Source: a virus. Taken from it: a stretch of 64,000 nucleotides of DNA. The stretch covers positions 32,001 through 96,000 of IMG/VR virus record IMGVR_UViG_3300042914_003164, one strand, 5' to 3'. Positions 1 to 8,653 of this stretch are shown piece after piece. The notes below the pieces were generated by a model that saw only the letters and a list, made by a program, of their open reading frames with translations, was not told the origin of the DNA and searched no databases. The first letter of the stretch is position 1. Every line of letters begins with the position of its first letter. A program made the position numbers and the translations under genes.

Positions 1-144
1 AATATCAATCGCGTCTTGTGTCGGTGGAAAGCGCCGATTGAGGTTCGGTCTCCATCTGGTGTCAAGATTGGCTCCCCTCTTGAGCTGTTGGCGTTTGGGA
101 GGTTTCACAACCTGAAACTTAGAATTGACGGGAAAGGTCGCGCC

Positions 145-279
145 ATGTCGGAAAAACACAAAAAAGCTTTTGAGAAGCTGCAGAGAAGGCTTGACTATGT
201 TAATGACAGTGTGAAGATTGCACTTTATGAGTTGCAGAACTTCACTGTCTTACCTCCAGACGATTACGAGACTCTGTGA
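145..279 (+). CDS. hypothetical protein
   Basis: ATG at 145 within ORF 16..279; no recognisable motif. Confidence 0.4.
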   Translation: MSEKHKKAFEKLQRRLDYVNDSVKIALYELQNFTVLPPDDYETL

Positions 280-350
280 GACTGTAAAAGGGTTGCAAAG
301 GGTCCGTGGATCTGTTATCTTGGCCTTGCCTAAACATTTAACATCGCGCC

Positions 351-692
351 ATGATTGACACAGGCGGCCCTCGGCCAAACACGGATGAACTTCTCAAGGG
401 TCTGAGAAAGCAAAAAAGTACCAAAGTTGCTATTACGGCAGCTGCTGGCTGGTCCTCCATTATCGCCTTGCTTGCGCTATTTGGTGGCGTGGTTCTGCAA
501 AACAGAACTCTAGCCCTTTCTTCTTTGTGCTGGCTGTCTAGTGGCGCTCTTGCGGTAGCGGCATCAAAAGAGACGGAGGAACGAAACGAGATCGAAAGGA
601 GAATCGAATTTTTGCTGAGAGCATCTGCGCTCAAGAAAGAGGTTGACGCTGTTGCTGGCATGTCTAGTGCTGGCAGGATCGGCCTTAACTGA
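351..692 (+). CDS. hypothetical membrane protein (2 TM)
   Basis: Two hydrophobic segments (WSSIIALLALFGGVVL; LALSSLCWLSSGALAVA) then a coiled-coil-like tail. Confidence 0.6.
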   Translation: MIDTGGPRPNTDELLKGLRKQKSTKVAITAAAGWSSIIALLALFGGVVLQNRTLALSSLCWLSSGALAVAASKETEERNEIERRIEFLLRASALKKEVDAVAGMSSAGRIGLN

Positions 693-700
693 AGATCGCA

Positions 701-967
701 ATGGAGCCCTTATCTCTTTCGACTTCTCAAAGGTTTGAAATCGAAAGGATGGGTAGAGCGATTGATCAGGTTTCAGACATTGCAGAGCTTCGGGGTCTGT
801 GCAAGCAGCTCCTGCAAGCCTGGATGTCTCAAAAAGCTGCAACAGCCTGGGTTATGCGACAACAGCCATCAGCACCGCCAACGATTAGAATCAGGGATGA
901 CCAACCATGGCAGACTACTGGATCACGGTCCAGATTGACCCTCAGCGAACTCGTGACATTCGTGTAG
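701..967 (+). CDS. nblA: NblA-like phycobilisome degradation adaptor (picocyanobacterial type)
   Basis: LSLSTSQRFEIERMGRAID...LRGLCKQLLQAWMSQKAATAWVM fits the LS-x-x-Q-x-F helix-loop-helix pattern of NblA. Confidence 0.7.
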   Translation: MEPLSLSTSQRFEIERMGRAIDQVSDIAELRGLCKQLLQAWMSQKAATAWVMRQQPSAPPTIRIRDDQPWQTTGSRSRLTLSELVTFV

Positions 968-1068
968 ATGCGAATAGTTACATGGAGTTCGTAAGGGGAA
1001 CAAGGGAAAAACGCTACAAAGTGATAGCCGTCAGACCCTGCAACAAAGACCACTCACCCACCAACTAA
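907..1068 (+). CDS. small hypothetical protein (53 aa, MADYWITVQIDPQRTRDIRV...)
   Basis: ATG 907 to TAA 1068, read by hand; fills the gap before 1075 and overlaps the nblA 3' end. Confidence 0.5.
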   Translation: MADYWITVQIDPQRTRDIRVDANSYMEFVRGTREKRYKVIAVRPCNKDHSPTN

Positions 1069-1074
1069 AAATCA

Positions 1075-1614
1075 ATGCAAGCCTTTAGAGTTGATCCCAT
1101 CGAGCAACAGCCCTTTATTGTTATCGCAGAAGAGGGTCAAGACTTTTCTGATCTCGTCAGGAATCCCTTGTGCTTTTCTCCAGCCAACTTCAGAATCAAA
1201 GAAGTTTCCGTAGGGCAGCTAAACAGGGAGGGCGACCACCTAAAGATTCTCCTTGCTGGCGAAAACGCCAACCTCAAGGAAATTACAAAAAGTCACGCCC
1301 TTGACATTGTGGCCTCAAGTAACCAAGACGACGGCGACTACCTTGAGGGTTGCGTAGCTGGCCTTGTTGAAGCGATGCAAGAGCTTGGAATGGCCGCACC
1401 TGTATCCATTCAACTTGAGGACCAGGGGGAGGCATTAAAGATGCTTTCTGTTTTTGCCGAAAAGCTCAAAGCTGAAAGCTTTCACACCATTAAGGAGATG
1501 ATTGAGCGAGGCAGGCTTGATCACATAACTGTCAGCGGAGTTGATTTCTACTGGGAGTTCGATGGGCCGATTCCGATCACATCCGCTTTGCGTAAGCTTC
1601 TTTTTGCCGCCTAA
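1075..1614 (+). CDS. hypothetical protein
   Basis: 179-aa ORF co-directional with neighbours. Confidence 0.7.
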   Translation: MQAFRVDPIEQQPFIVIAEEGQDFSDLVRNPLCFSPANFRIKEVSVGQLNREGDHLKILLAGENANLKEITKSHALDIVASSNQDDGDYLEGCVAGLVEAMQELGMAAPVSIQLEDQGEALKMLSVFAEKLKAESFHTIKEMIERGRLDHITVSGVDFYWEFDGPIPITSALRKLLFAA

Positions 1615-1710
1615 CAAGCCTCCTATATTAAGGTAGCTTTCTCGGAGTCCTTAGCCCTAGCGATGCTGGGGCTTTGTATTTTATTGCTATCTTTGATCCC
1701 GAGGGTTTAC

Positions 1711-2028
1711 ATGAGAAGCCTGTCAGATGAAATTGTTTACAGGATTTTGACGGAGACGTGCAACAACTCTGAAATGGCAAGGAGGGTTGGCACTACAAGG
1801 CAAACGGTTCAGCAGATAAGGACTGGAAAAATCTATTCAAGTCTTTTTCCAGAAATACCCAGAAATACAGGCACTGGTAACATGAGTTGCTATAAGTGTT
1901 ATCACAGAAGGAAAAATGTTTCGGAAGGGGATCCGAATCCATGCTCCTTTGATTTTCCAGAGCCACTTATAGTTGGAGTTTTTTATGCCAGGGAGTGCAA
2001 TCTTTTTCAGTCCTCTTCTGCTGGCTAG
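1711..2028 (+). CDS. HTH plus Cys-rich DNA-binding protein
   Basis: NSEMARRVGTTRQTVQQIRTG (HTH-like) followed by CxxC..C..C; directly upstream of terL. Confidence 0.55.
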   Translation: MRSLSDEIVYRILTETCNNSEMARRVGTTRQTVQQIRTGKIYSSLFPEIPRNTGTGNMSCYKCYHRRKNVSEGDPNPCSFDFPEPLIVGVFYARECNLFQSSSAG

Positions 2029-2052
2029 AATGCGCTATCTGTTTCCCTTGAA

Positions 2053-3456
2053 GTGCCGGGAAGAACGAGGGCGAACGCTTACATAGACAGGGCCGCAGTG
2101 AGAGGTCTTGGCCTACTTTCCGATCCAACACTGCTGCAGAAGCTAAAGCGGAGGTCGAATACCACATTCGATGTAGATGCGGCAGAAGCTCGCATGGTTA
2201 ATAACCTACTTCCCTATCAGAAAGATTTTGTATGTGACTTTGATCATAAGTATGTAGGTTTCTGTGGGGGCTATGGCTCAGGTAAGAGCTATTCCCTTGT
2301 TGTAAAACAATTACTTTTATGTTTCCGGTCTCAGGGTTTTACACATCTCTTTCTTGAGCCGACCATTCCACTGATTGATGACGTAGCGCTTCCGACTTGG
2401 AATCTTGTACTTGAGAAGTACGGGATTCCCCACTCGTTCAGGGTGTCTCCGCGTCCGGTCTTCACTCTACATCTTCCCGGCGGGGAAACCCCTGTGCTCT
2501 TGCGCTCGATGGAGAACTTTGAGCGCCTGATTGGTGTGAACGCCGCATCTATTGCATCAGACGAGACAGATACTACAAGGGCGGAAATTGCCGAAAAGGC
2601 GATGATCAAACTGCAGGGTCGTGTTCGTGTTGGCAACTGCCCTCAAATTGTAGCTGCATCTACGCCAGAAGGATATGGCTGGATGTACTCGTTTTTTGAA
2701 GAACAAAAAGCTGACAACAAAAAGCTTTACAGGGGCAAGTCTGAGGACAACCCATACCTAGATCCAGGATTCGTGGAGGATCTCAAAACGAAGTATCATC
2801 CGCAGCTGATTAAGGCGTACCTGAATGGAGAGTTTGTCAATCTTGAGTCGGCAACTGTGTTTTATGAGTTCAACCGCGAACTCCATACGACTGGTGTTTT
2901 TCTTCCAGAAAAGGGCGAAAGAATTGTATTTGGAGTTGACTTCAACGTTGGTCAGTGCCACGCTGTTTACGGAGTTGTAAGGCCGGGGCAAAAGGGTCAG
3001 CAGCTCCATTGCTTTGCGGAATCGAAAGTCGCGGACACTTTTGCTCTGGTCGCACATTTGCAAAAGACATACCCATTCCATCTGTCAAGAGGGAAAATCA
3101 CCTGCTACCCAGATGCCAGTGGATCCCACGATTCAACATCCTCTACCCAGAGTGATCATGAAATTCTCAGATCCGCTGGTATCCAGGTGGTGACTGAGCG
3201 CAGGAATCCGCCCATCGCGGAAACACTTGCACATGCCAATGTTCACATGCACCGTGGACTGGTTTTGATCAACCCGACGACATGCCAGAGCACCATAAGC
3301 GCGACCGAGCGATGGTCTTACGATTCTAAAACGCTCAAGCCCGCAAAGGGTGGTGCTACTGATTACTCACACCCAGGAGATGCTCTTAGGTATCTGATTT
3401 GGCAAGTATTCCTACGGGCTGGTGCAAGAGCTGGTCACGGTGGTCGCTGGCGTTGA
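2053..3456 (+). CDS. terL: terminase large subunit
   Basis: Q motif LLPYQ, Walker A GGYGSGKS, Walker B ASDE, coupling motif STPEG, nuclease GVDFN...PDASG...HPGDALRY. Confidence 0.95.
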   Translation: MPGRTRANAYIDRAAVRGLGLLSDPTLLQKLKRRSNTTFDVDAAEARMVNNLLPYQKDFVCDFDHKYVGFCGGYGSGKSYSLVVKQLLLCFRSQGFTHLFLEPTIPLIDDVALPTWNLVLEKYGIPHSFRVSPRPVFTLHLPGGETPVLLRSMENFERLIGVNAASIASDETDTTRAEIAEKAMIKLQGRVRVGNCPQIVAASTPEGYGWMYSFFEEQKADNKKLYRGKSEDNPYLDPGFVEDLKTKYHPQLIKAYLNGEFVNLESATVFYEFNRELHTTGVFLPEKGERIVFGVDFNVGQCHAVYGVVRPGQKGQQLHCFAESKVADTFALVAHLQKTYPFHLSRGKITCYPDASGSHDSTSSTQSDHEILRSAGIQVVTERRNPPIAETLAHANVHMHRGLVLINPTTCQSTISATERWSYDSKTLKPAKGGATDYSHPGDALRYLIWQVFLRAGARAGHGGRWR

Positions 3457-3516
3457 TAGAATTTTGCTGCACCAGCGGTTCAACCTGGGGCGGGGGCCGA
3501 CGACGCGAACCGCTGT

Positions 3517-3544
3517 AAAGCCTTCCGAGAAATCGGGGGGCTTT
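3517..3544 (+). terminator. hairpin/terminator-like element
   Basis: AAAGCC-TTCCGA-GAAA-TCGGGG-GGCTTT. Confidence 0.5.
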
Positions 3545-3593
3545 GTGCTGCGGTCTGTCGCTACAATCACCGCAAGGCTTTTGGACAACTTTC

Positions 3594-5276
3594 GTGATTG
3601 ACGTTCCAAATTCTATTGTCCTAAGCGCGGATGATCTGCCGGTCCCCTTCGACCGGCGTGATCCTAATACGGAAAGTGTCTACTCGTCAGTCACAGATGT
3701 AGACGCATACTCGATTGATCAGGCCGAACAGATTTCAAGAGTCCTGCCAATCAAGTTTTGCGTGCTGCCAGAGTTTTACCTGGATGAAGCTATCAGCGAT
3801 AGCATACCGCAGGATTTTAGGGAGCACAACGACAGCTACAACGTTCGGAAGACAAGGGCGCTTTCGTGTTTTGAATCCTTCTATTCTCACTATGTTGACA
3901 TCGTTGTTGGTACTGCTCTTCGCAAAGGTGTTATCACGCCGCCAGAGGTTCCAGCTACCTGGGAGAAATTTTTCAAGAATGTAAATCTTGAAGGTAAGTC
4001 GATAACCTCTTTTACCAAGACTCTTTTCACCGAAGCCCTTAATGGTGGCATTGCCGGTTTGATGGCGGACTACCCCCGCGTTACAGATCAGGATCGGGCG
4101 GCACAGCGAAGAATGAATCTTCGGCCATATTTTACTGTTATTAAAGTAGATGACATTCTTGACTGTCGCCACGAAAATGGTCCGGTAACAATTAACGGCG
4201 TAACCTCTTACGAAACAAAAGTTATTTACCTGAGAATCAAATCAGAGATTAGACGTGCCAGCGCAACTAACGAACACTTTGAGGAGGTTGTGCCAACGGT
4301 TGTCGTCTATGACATTCCAGAACCAGAGTCAGAAGAGATTCCAAAAAGAGTTCGTGTAAGAATTTACGAAAAAAAGCTATCAAGCAATACAAATGAGTAC
4401 ATTCTTCCTCAGGAGAATATCGGTTTTCTTTCTATTGAGTATATCCCCTTTGTACCTTGTTACGGAGGGAAGGAAGAGGCTTTCTGTCGAGCGAGGCCGC
4501 TTCTATTTGACATTGCACGCCTCAATCTTCATCACTGGGCAACGTGTGCGGACCTGTCTGAAACGATTCACCTTAACGCTTCGCCAATGCTTACAGGTAC
4601 TGGTGTTAAACCAGAAGAAGAGATTTACTCTGGATCTGGTCGCAGCCTGTTCAGTCAAGACCCAAATGCAAGATTTGGTATGTTGAGACCCGGCATGGAG
4701 GGTGCCGAGACGACCCTGAAAGAGCTTGCGCGTATTGAAAGCGCAATGGACAGGCTTGCAGCAATCGCAATTGCCCCTGGTAAAACTCAGGTTGAATCCG
4801 GCTTTGCAAAGTTACTTGACAGATCGCAGTCGGATTCGCAGCTCGCTGTTCTCGTGGGCTCTTTGCAGGACTGCCTGAACCGCGCCCTTTGGTATGCCTC
4901 TGGTTACAGACCAGATGACTACCCAATCGTTGAAATCATTATTAGCAAAAACTTTATCCCTGCTAAGCTACACAGCCAACAGGTAATGGCAGTAAGCTCT
5001 CTCTATAGGGATTCTGGGGCTATCCCGATTAGGGAGTTTCTTGAAATACTGGAAGCTGGCGAAATGTTTGAAGGTATTCACGGTTTCAATGTTCCTAAGC
5101 TTCTTGAGCGCATGGGGCTGACAGGTGATGAGCGCTACGTCGAGGCGTCCCCCGAGCCCGCACGGGAGCCGACTCGCAATCCGACCATCAGGGTCCAAAA
5201 CCTGATGGAGGAGTCTGCCGGTAATTCGCTGGAAGGGGAATCGGCTGAAGGGGCCGTAGAAAATCCTGAAGGGTGA
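3594..5276 (+). CDS. portal protein (DUF4055-like)
   Basis: Follows terL; IPFVPCY, PLLFDIARLNLHHW, LHxxxxPML motifs; GTG 3594 preferred as start. Confidence 0.85.
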   Translation: MIDVPNSIVLSADDLPVPFDRRDPNTESVYSSVTDVDAYSIDQAEQISRVLPIKFCVLPEFYLDEAISDSIPQDFREHNDSYNVRKTRALSCFESFYSHYVDIVVGTALRKGVITPPEVPATWEKFFKNVNLEGKSITSFTKTLFTEALNGGIAGLMADYPRVTDQDRAAQRRMNLRPYFTVIKVDDILDCRHENGPVTINGVTSYETKVIYLRIKSEIRRASATNEHFEEVVPTVVVYDIPEPESEEIPKRVRVRIYEKKLSSNTNEYILPQENIGFLSIEYIPFVPCYGGKEEAFCRARPLLFDIARLNLHHWATCADLSETIHLNASPMLTGTGVKPEEEIYSGSGRSLFSQDPNARFGMLRPGMEGAETTLKELARIESAMDRLAAIAIAPGKTQVESGFAKLLDRSQSDSQLAVLVGSLQDCLNRALWYASGYRPDDYPIVEIIISKNFIPAKLHSQQVMAVSSLYRDSGAIPIREFLEILEAGEMFEGIHGFNVPKLLERMGLTGDERYVEASPEPAREPTRNPTIRVQNLMEESAGNSLEGESAEGAVENPEG

Positions 5277-5307
5277 GCTATAGTCTCAATAGTCTCGTTT
5301 TGACTTT

Positions 5308-6147
5308 GTGGAACTGACCCCGGAACAGGCGCTTGCCAGGCTTCAGGAAACTGAGGCCAGGCTGCAAGAGAGCCAGACCAAGCTTGAGGCTCTGGAGCGG
5401 ACGAAGACCGGCCTTCTTAACGACCTGACCAAGCGCAAAAGCGTTGAGCGGCTGGTGAGGGCTGCCGGTATCGACCTTGAGGCCGATAACCTTGAGGATC
5501 AGGTTGCCGAGGTTCTTGGTAAGCGCCCTGCTGCGCCCCCCGCTGCGCCACCGACCCCTCCCTCTGGCGATGGAGCGAATCCCGAACCGCCTGCGCCTGG
5601 CGGCAACAGCAGCGAAGAGGCGCTGAAGGCGCGTCTCGCCACGATGGAGCGAATGCTGGAGAAGATGTCGGACAAGCTTCAGCAGACGGAGAAGGAGAAG
5701 CAGCAAGAGCGCAAAGCGCGACTTGAGGAATATCAGAGGTCGGTTGTTGTTCAAGAGCTTGAAAAAGTTGGTTGCAAGCGCCCTCACCATCTCTATGAGC
5801 TGCAGAAAAGAAACTTTCGCATACTGGAGGGACCGGATGGAACCCATGAAGTGGTCTTCGGCACCGAAGAAAACCCGGTGAACGTTGCAGGTGCCGTCTC
5901 GGACTTTGAAAAGGATGACGAGTATTCGATCTACTTTCCGAGTATTGTTGCAAGTGGATCGGGACTCCCCACATCCCGCTCTTCCATGCCTGCCAGCTCC
6001 AATCCATTCACCAAGACTGGCAGCAACGGAACTGAAGCATCACGGATTATGGCAAGCGACATGGCCCTGGCCCGCAAGCTTGCACGCGAAGCTCGTGGAC
6101 GTGGTGACTTCGATCCCATCCTTTGCGGAACCGTTGACAAGCGCTGA
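5308..6147 (+). CDS. capsid scaffolding protein
   Basis: Coiled-coil, Pro-rich linker, C-terminal ASGSG...NPF motif; lies between portal and capsid genes. Confidence 0.75.
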   Translation: MELTPEQALARLQETEARLQESQTKLEALERTKTGLLNDLTKRKSVERLVRAAGIDLEADNLEDQVAEVLGKRPAAPPAAPPTPPSGDGANPEPPAPGGNSSEEALKARLATMERMLEKMSDKLQQTEKEKQQERKARLEEYQRSVVVQELEKVGCKRPHHLYELQKRNFRILEGPDGTHEVVFGTEENPVNVAGAVSDFEKDDEYSIYFPSIVASGSGLPTSRSSMPASSNPFTKTGSNGTEASRIMASDMALARKLAREARGRGDFDPILCGTVDKR

Positions 6148-6173
6148 GCGTTCAGCTGCACCATCTTGCATTC

Positions 6174-6195
6174 GGCCCCGAAAGGGGCCTTTTTT
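6174..6195 (+). terminator. Rho-independent terminator
   Basis: GGCCCC-GAAA-GGGGCC-TTTTTT. Confidence 0.9.
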
Positions 6196-6232
6196 ATGGC
6201 CTACCCTTGGGGCAGCGATGCCCAGACAGACC

Positions 6233-6406
6233 ATGCCAATGAAAAAGGGCAAATCCCAGAAGACTATTTCTAAGAACGTCTCTACTCTCAGGAAAGAAGG
6301 CTATCCCGAAAAACAGGCCGTAGCAATTGCTATGAACAAGGCCGGCATGAACAAGAAAAAGCCAAAGCCAAAGGGAAAGGGTAAGAAATACGGTAAAGCA
6401 AGGTGA
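6233..6406 (+). CDS. small Lys-rich basic protein
   Basis: [34 protein letters not shown]...; QAVAIA-type small phage protein. Confidence 0.75.
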   Translation: MPMKKGKSQKTISKNVSTLRKEGYPEKQAVAIAMNKAGMNKKKPKPKGKGKKYGKAR

Positions 6407-6573
6407 AAAGGAACATCCCCACTGACAAGGCTTTGTATGCTCGGGTCAAGGCTGAAGCAAAAAGAAAATTTAAGGTCTATCCGAGTGTTTATGCAAATTC
6501 TTGGCTTGTTCGTGAGTACAAGAAACGCGGCGGCGGCTACAGAAGCCGAGAGGTGAAAGGTGGCAAAAAGTAG
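6403..6573 (+). CDS. small basic protein (56 aa; not in ORF track)
   Basis: GTG 6403 overlaps the previous TGA; ...[39 protein letters not shown]... Confidence 0.75.
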   Translation: MKRNIPTDKALYARVKAEAKRKFKVYPSVYANSWLVREYKKRGGGYRSREVKGGKK

Positions 6574-6823
6574 AAAGCCGAGGGGCGGCCTTGGTCGCTG
6601 GTTTGCCGAAAAGTGGATTGACGTAAAAACCGGAAAGCCATGCGGTAGACAGGCTGGCGAAAAACGCCGAAGCTACCCAGCCTGTCGGCCATCAAAGCGG
6701 GTTTCAGTCGATACCCCAAAAACAGCCGGAGAGCTATCGAAAAAAGAGAAAGAAAAGTTCAAGCGCGAAAAGACAGGCTCCAAGCGAATTGGCTATCAGC
6801 ATAAGCGCAAAAAGCGGTCCTAG
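6560..6823 (+). CDS. small basic protein (DUF5872-like)
   Basis: GLGRWFAEKWIDV...CGR...YPACRPSKRV..DTPKT motif; family name recalled, not searched. Confidence 0.7.
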   Translation: MAKSRKPRGGLGRWFAEKWIDVKTGKPCGRQAGEKRRSYPACRPSKRVSVDTPKTAGELSKKEKEKFKREKTGSKRIGYQHKRKKRS

Positions 6824-6846
6824 CATTAGCTGGAGGCACGAGAGAA

Positions 6847-7149
6847 ATGGCCCCTCGCCCTGTCAAAAACAAGCGCCGCACTGCGGCTTACTATGCGGCT
6901 AACCCGGAAGCTCGCAAAAAGAAAGCTGCCTATGATAAGAAGTATCACTCTACGCCGGAGCGCAGAAAGTATAGAGCGGCCTTGTCTGCAGAGCGCAGGG
7001 CGAGGGGTATTGATGGCAAGGGCGGCGGTGATCTGAGTCACACAACTGGCGGGGGGTTTAAGCGAGAGAACCCGTCAACCAATCGCGCAAGAAATGGCCA
7101 TGGTGGCAGGCGCAGATTGGCCAAGAGTGGTCGCAGGCCGCGCCGCTAA
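6847..7149 (+). CDS. Arg/Lys-rich protein with degenerate HNH-like motif
   Basis: DLSHTTGG...NRARNG. Confidence 0.65.
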   Translation: MAPRPVKNKRRTAAYYAANPEARKKKAAYDKKYHSTPERRKYRAALSAERRARGIDGKGGGDLSHTTGGGFKRENPSTNRARNGHGGRRRLAKSGRRPRR

Positions 7150-7173
7150 CCTTGCGAAAAAGGAAGCAGAACC

Positions 7174-7506
7174 ATGGCAGTTCCAGAGCGCGTCAAAAGC
7201 AAAATGAAAGAGCTTGTGCTTTCTGGTGTAAACAAGCCAAAGAAAACCCCAGGCCACAAGACCAAATCACATGTTGTAATGGCCAAGGAGGGCGAGAAGT
7301 ACAAGCTGATTCGGTTTGGTCAGCAAGGAGTTGTTGGAGCTGGCAAAAAGCCAAAAACAAAAGCTGAAAAAATGCGCCGCAGACTTTACTATGAGCGCCA
7401 TAACGCTCAAGACCCAAATCCATCAAAGCTTTCGGCTCGCTACTGGAGCAATGTTACAAAATGGGCAGTTATCTTATGTTTAGCCGCCAGCCAAGTTACT
7501 ACATGA
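7174..7506 (+). CDS. basic viral protein (KLIRFGQQG...SARYW family)
   Basis: KSHVVMAKEG..KLIRFGQQG..RH..KLSARYWS..KW. Confidence 0.7.
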   Translation: MAVPERVKSKMKELVLSGVNKPKKTPGHKTKSHVVMAKEGEKYKLIRFGQQGVVGAGKKPKTKAEKMRRRLYYERHNAQDPNPSKLSARYWSNVTKWAVILCLAASQVTT

Positions 7507-7561
7507 GTGCTGATTGACCGAAGATGATCACTAGAATAAAGGCGTTCCGTTTTTTCTTCAA

Positions 7562-7783
7562 ATGGCTGTCATCCTTACCGGCTCCAGCGACTCCTGCCTT
7601 GAAATCGCAAAGCGAATTGGACTTGAAGGGGTTGACCATATTTCCAGCTTTTCAATTCACTTTGACGCTGATAGCGCAGTCTATGTGAAGGCTACTTACT
7701 ACCCGGACAAGGAACAGGTCGAGGCCCTTGCTGATTTTATCGCTGAACGAAAGTTCAGGGTTTTGGAGGAGGCTGCTGAGTAA
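7562..7783 (+). CDS. hypothetical protein
   Basis: 73-aa ORF preceded by a CTAGAAT box. Confidence 0.6.
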   Translation: MAVILTGSSDSCLEIAKRIGLEGVDHISSFSIHFDADSAVYVKATYYPDKEQVEALADFIAERKFRVLEEAAE

Positions 7784-7805
7784 AGAAACAGGATGGCGGC
7801 AGGTT

Positions 7806-8009
7806 TCACGCATGGTCAGAATTCTCCTGACTCTTAATCCACTCTTTCAATTCAGTTACATATCTGCGAAGCTCTGCCGCTTTCAGGACGTGCCATTTCT
7901 CCCCGGTCTTAAAATACAGGGAGTTATGTAAATCTATTGCCTTCAGGCAATGATGAATTATGGGATTCCATCCCTCACGCACGGGGGTATCCCAAGTTCG
8001 CCTTTCCAT
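7806..8009 (-). CDS. hypothetical protein
   Basis: 67-aa ORF with its own minus-strand CTAGACT box (8031-8037). Confidence 0.6.
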   Translation of the reverse strand: MERRTWDTPVREGWNPIIHHCLKAIDLHNSLYFKTGEKWHVLKAAELRRYVTELKEWIKSQENSDHA

Positions 8010-8097
8010 TGCCTTAGTGTTTACGGCCCAAGTCTAGGTGGGCAGAGGGGTTCCCACCAGCGCCCTAGACTTCGACCAGAGCCAACCCCTTGATCCA

Positions 8098-8403
8098 ATG
8101 ACCGTCTCTGGCGTTCTCCGCACTACCACCAACATGCGTGGTATGCAGTCTGCTTCCGCAGTTGATGAGATCCTGTCTGCAATCACACTTTGCACTCGGG
8201 GCATGAAAAACTGGACTTTTGTTTTGCCCGACGCCTTTACTGCTGCTCAGTTGAATCAGCTCCTGGCTTCCGCCCCCACCGTGGCCGCGTCGCCCGCCAA
8301 GACGATCACCGCCGCTGGCACCGCTGGGTGGGCCGCCTTGTCTGCCGGTGAAAAGACCGCGATGACTGCCGCCTTCCTTGCAAAGGGTTACACCCAGAAC
8401 TAA
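8098..8403 (+). CDS. putative head decoration/structural protein
   Basis: Ala/Thr-rich, capsid-like codon usage, upstream of MCP. Confidence 0.55.
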   Translation: MTVSGVLRTTTNMRGMQSASAVDEILSAITLCTRGMKNWTFVLPDAFTAAQLNQLLASAPTVAASPAKTITAAGTAGWAALSAGEKTAMTAAFLAKGYTQN

Positions 8404-8500
8404 GCGAATGTATTCCTTGACACAGTGAGTTTTGCTGGTCTGCAAACATTTCTTGTTTTCAGGTTCAGAAGAATTTAACTTATCACTGTCATGAGAGTTT

Positions 8501-8530
8501 GGCTGGGGGTGAGACCCCGGCCTTTTTCTT
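8501..8530 (+). terminator. Rho-independent terminator
   Basis: GGCTGGGGG-TGAGA-CCCCGGCC-TTTTTCTT. Confidence 0.75.
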
Positions 8531-8531
8531 T

Positions 8532-8540
8532 GGCTACTAT
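8532..8540 (+). promoter_or_regulatory. putative late promoter -10 box GGCTACTAT for major capsid gene
   Basis: Member of the recurrent (G)CTAnnnT motif; directly follows a terminator. Confidence 0.6.
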
Positions 8541-8550
8541 TTGGGGGAGA

Positions 8551-8598
8551 GAGGCAGTGCCTCGCAGCAAGGGCCTGAACGGTCCAGCAGCAGTGCTG
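8551..8598 (+). promoter_or_regulatory. leader hairpins with GC-AGT-GC loop
   Basis: GAGGC-AGT-GCCTC (8551-8563) and CAGC-AGT-GCTG (8588-8598); same motif at 12088. Confidence 0.5.
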
Positions 8599-8653
8599 TG
8601 AAGCTGAATCAACGGCGGCCTAGCCGCAGATTTATCCCCTCGCTTTCAAAACA

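Noticed and set aside
3492-3506. Near-complementarity of the candidate sRNA loop to about 40887-40901 in the lectin gene
   Set aside because: About 15 nt, GC-rich, one mismatch; compatible with chance without conservation data
5885-6232. Long N-terminus of ORF 5885..6406
   Set aside because: Overlaps the scaffold gene and crosses a terminator; real start is near 6233
8551-8563. Canonical iron-responsive element
   Set aside because: Lacks the bulged sixth loop base and upstream C bulge; kept only as an unnamed hairpin motif
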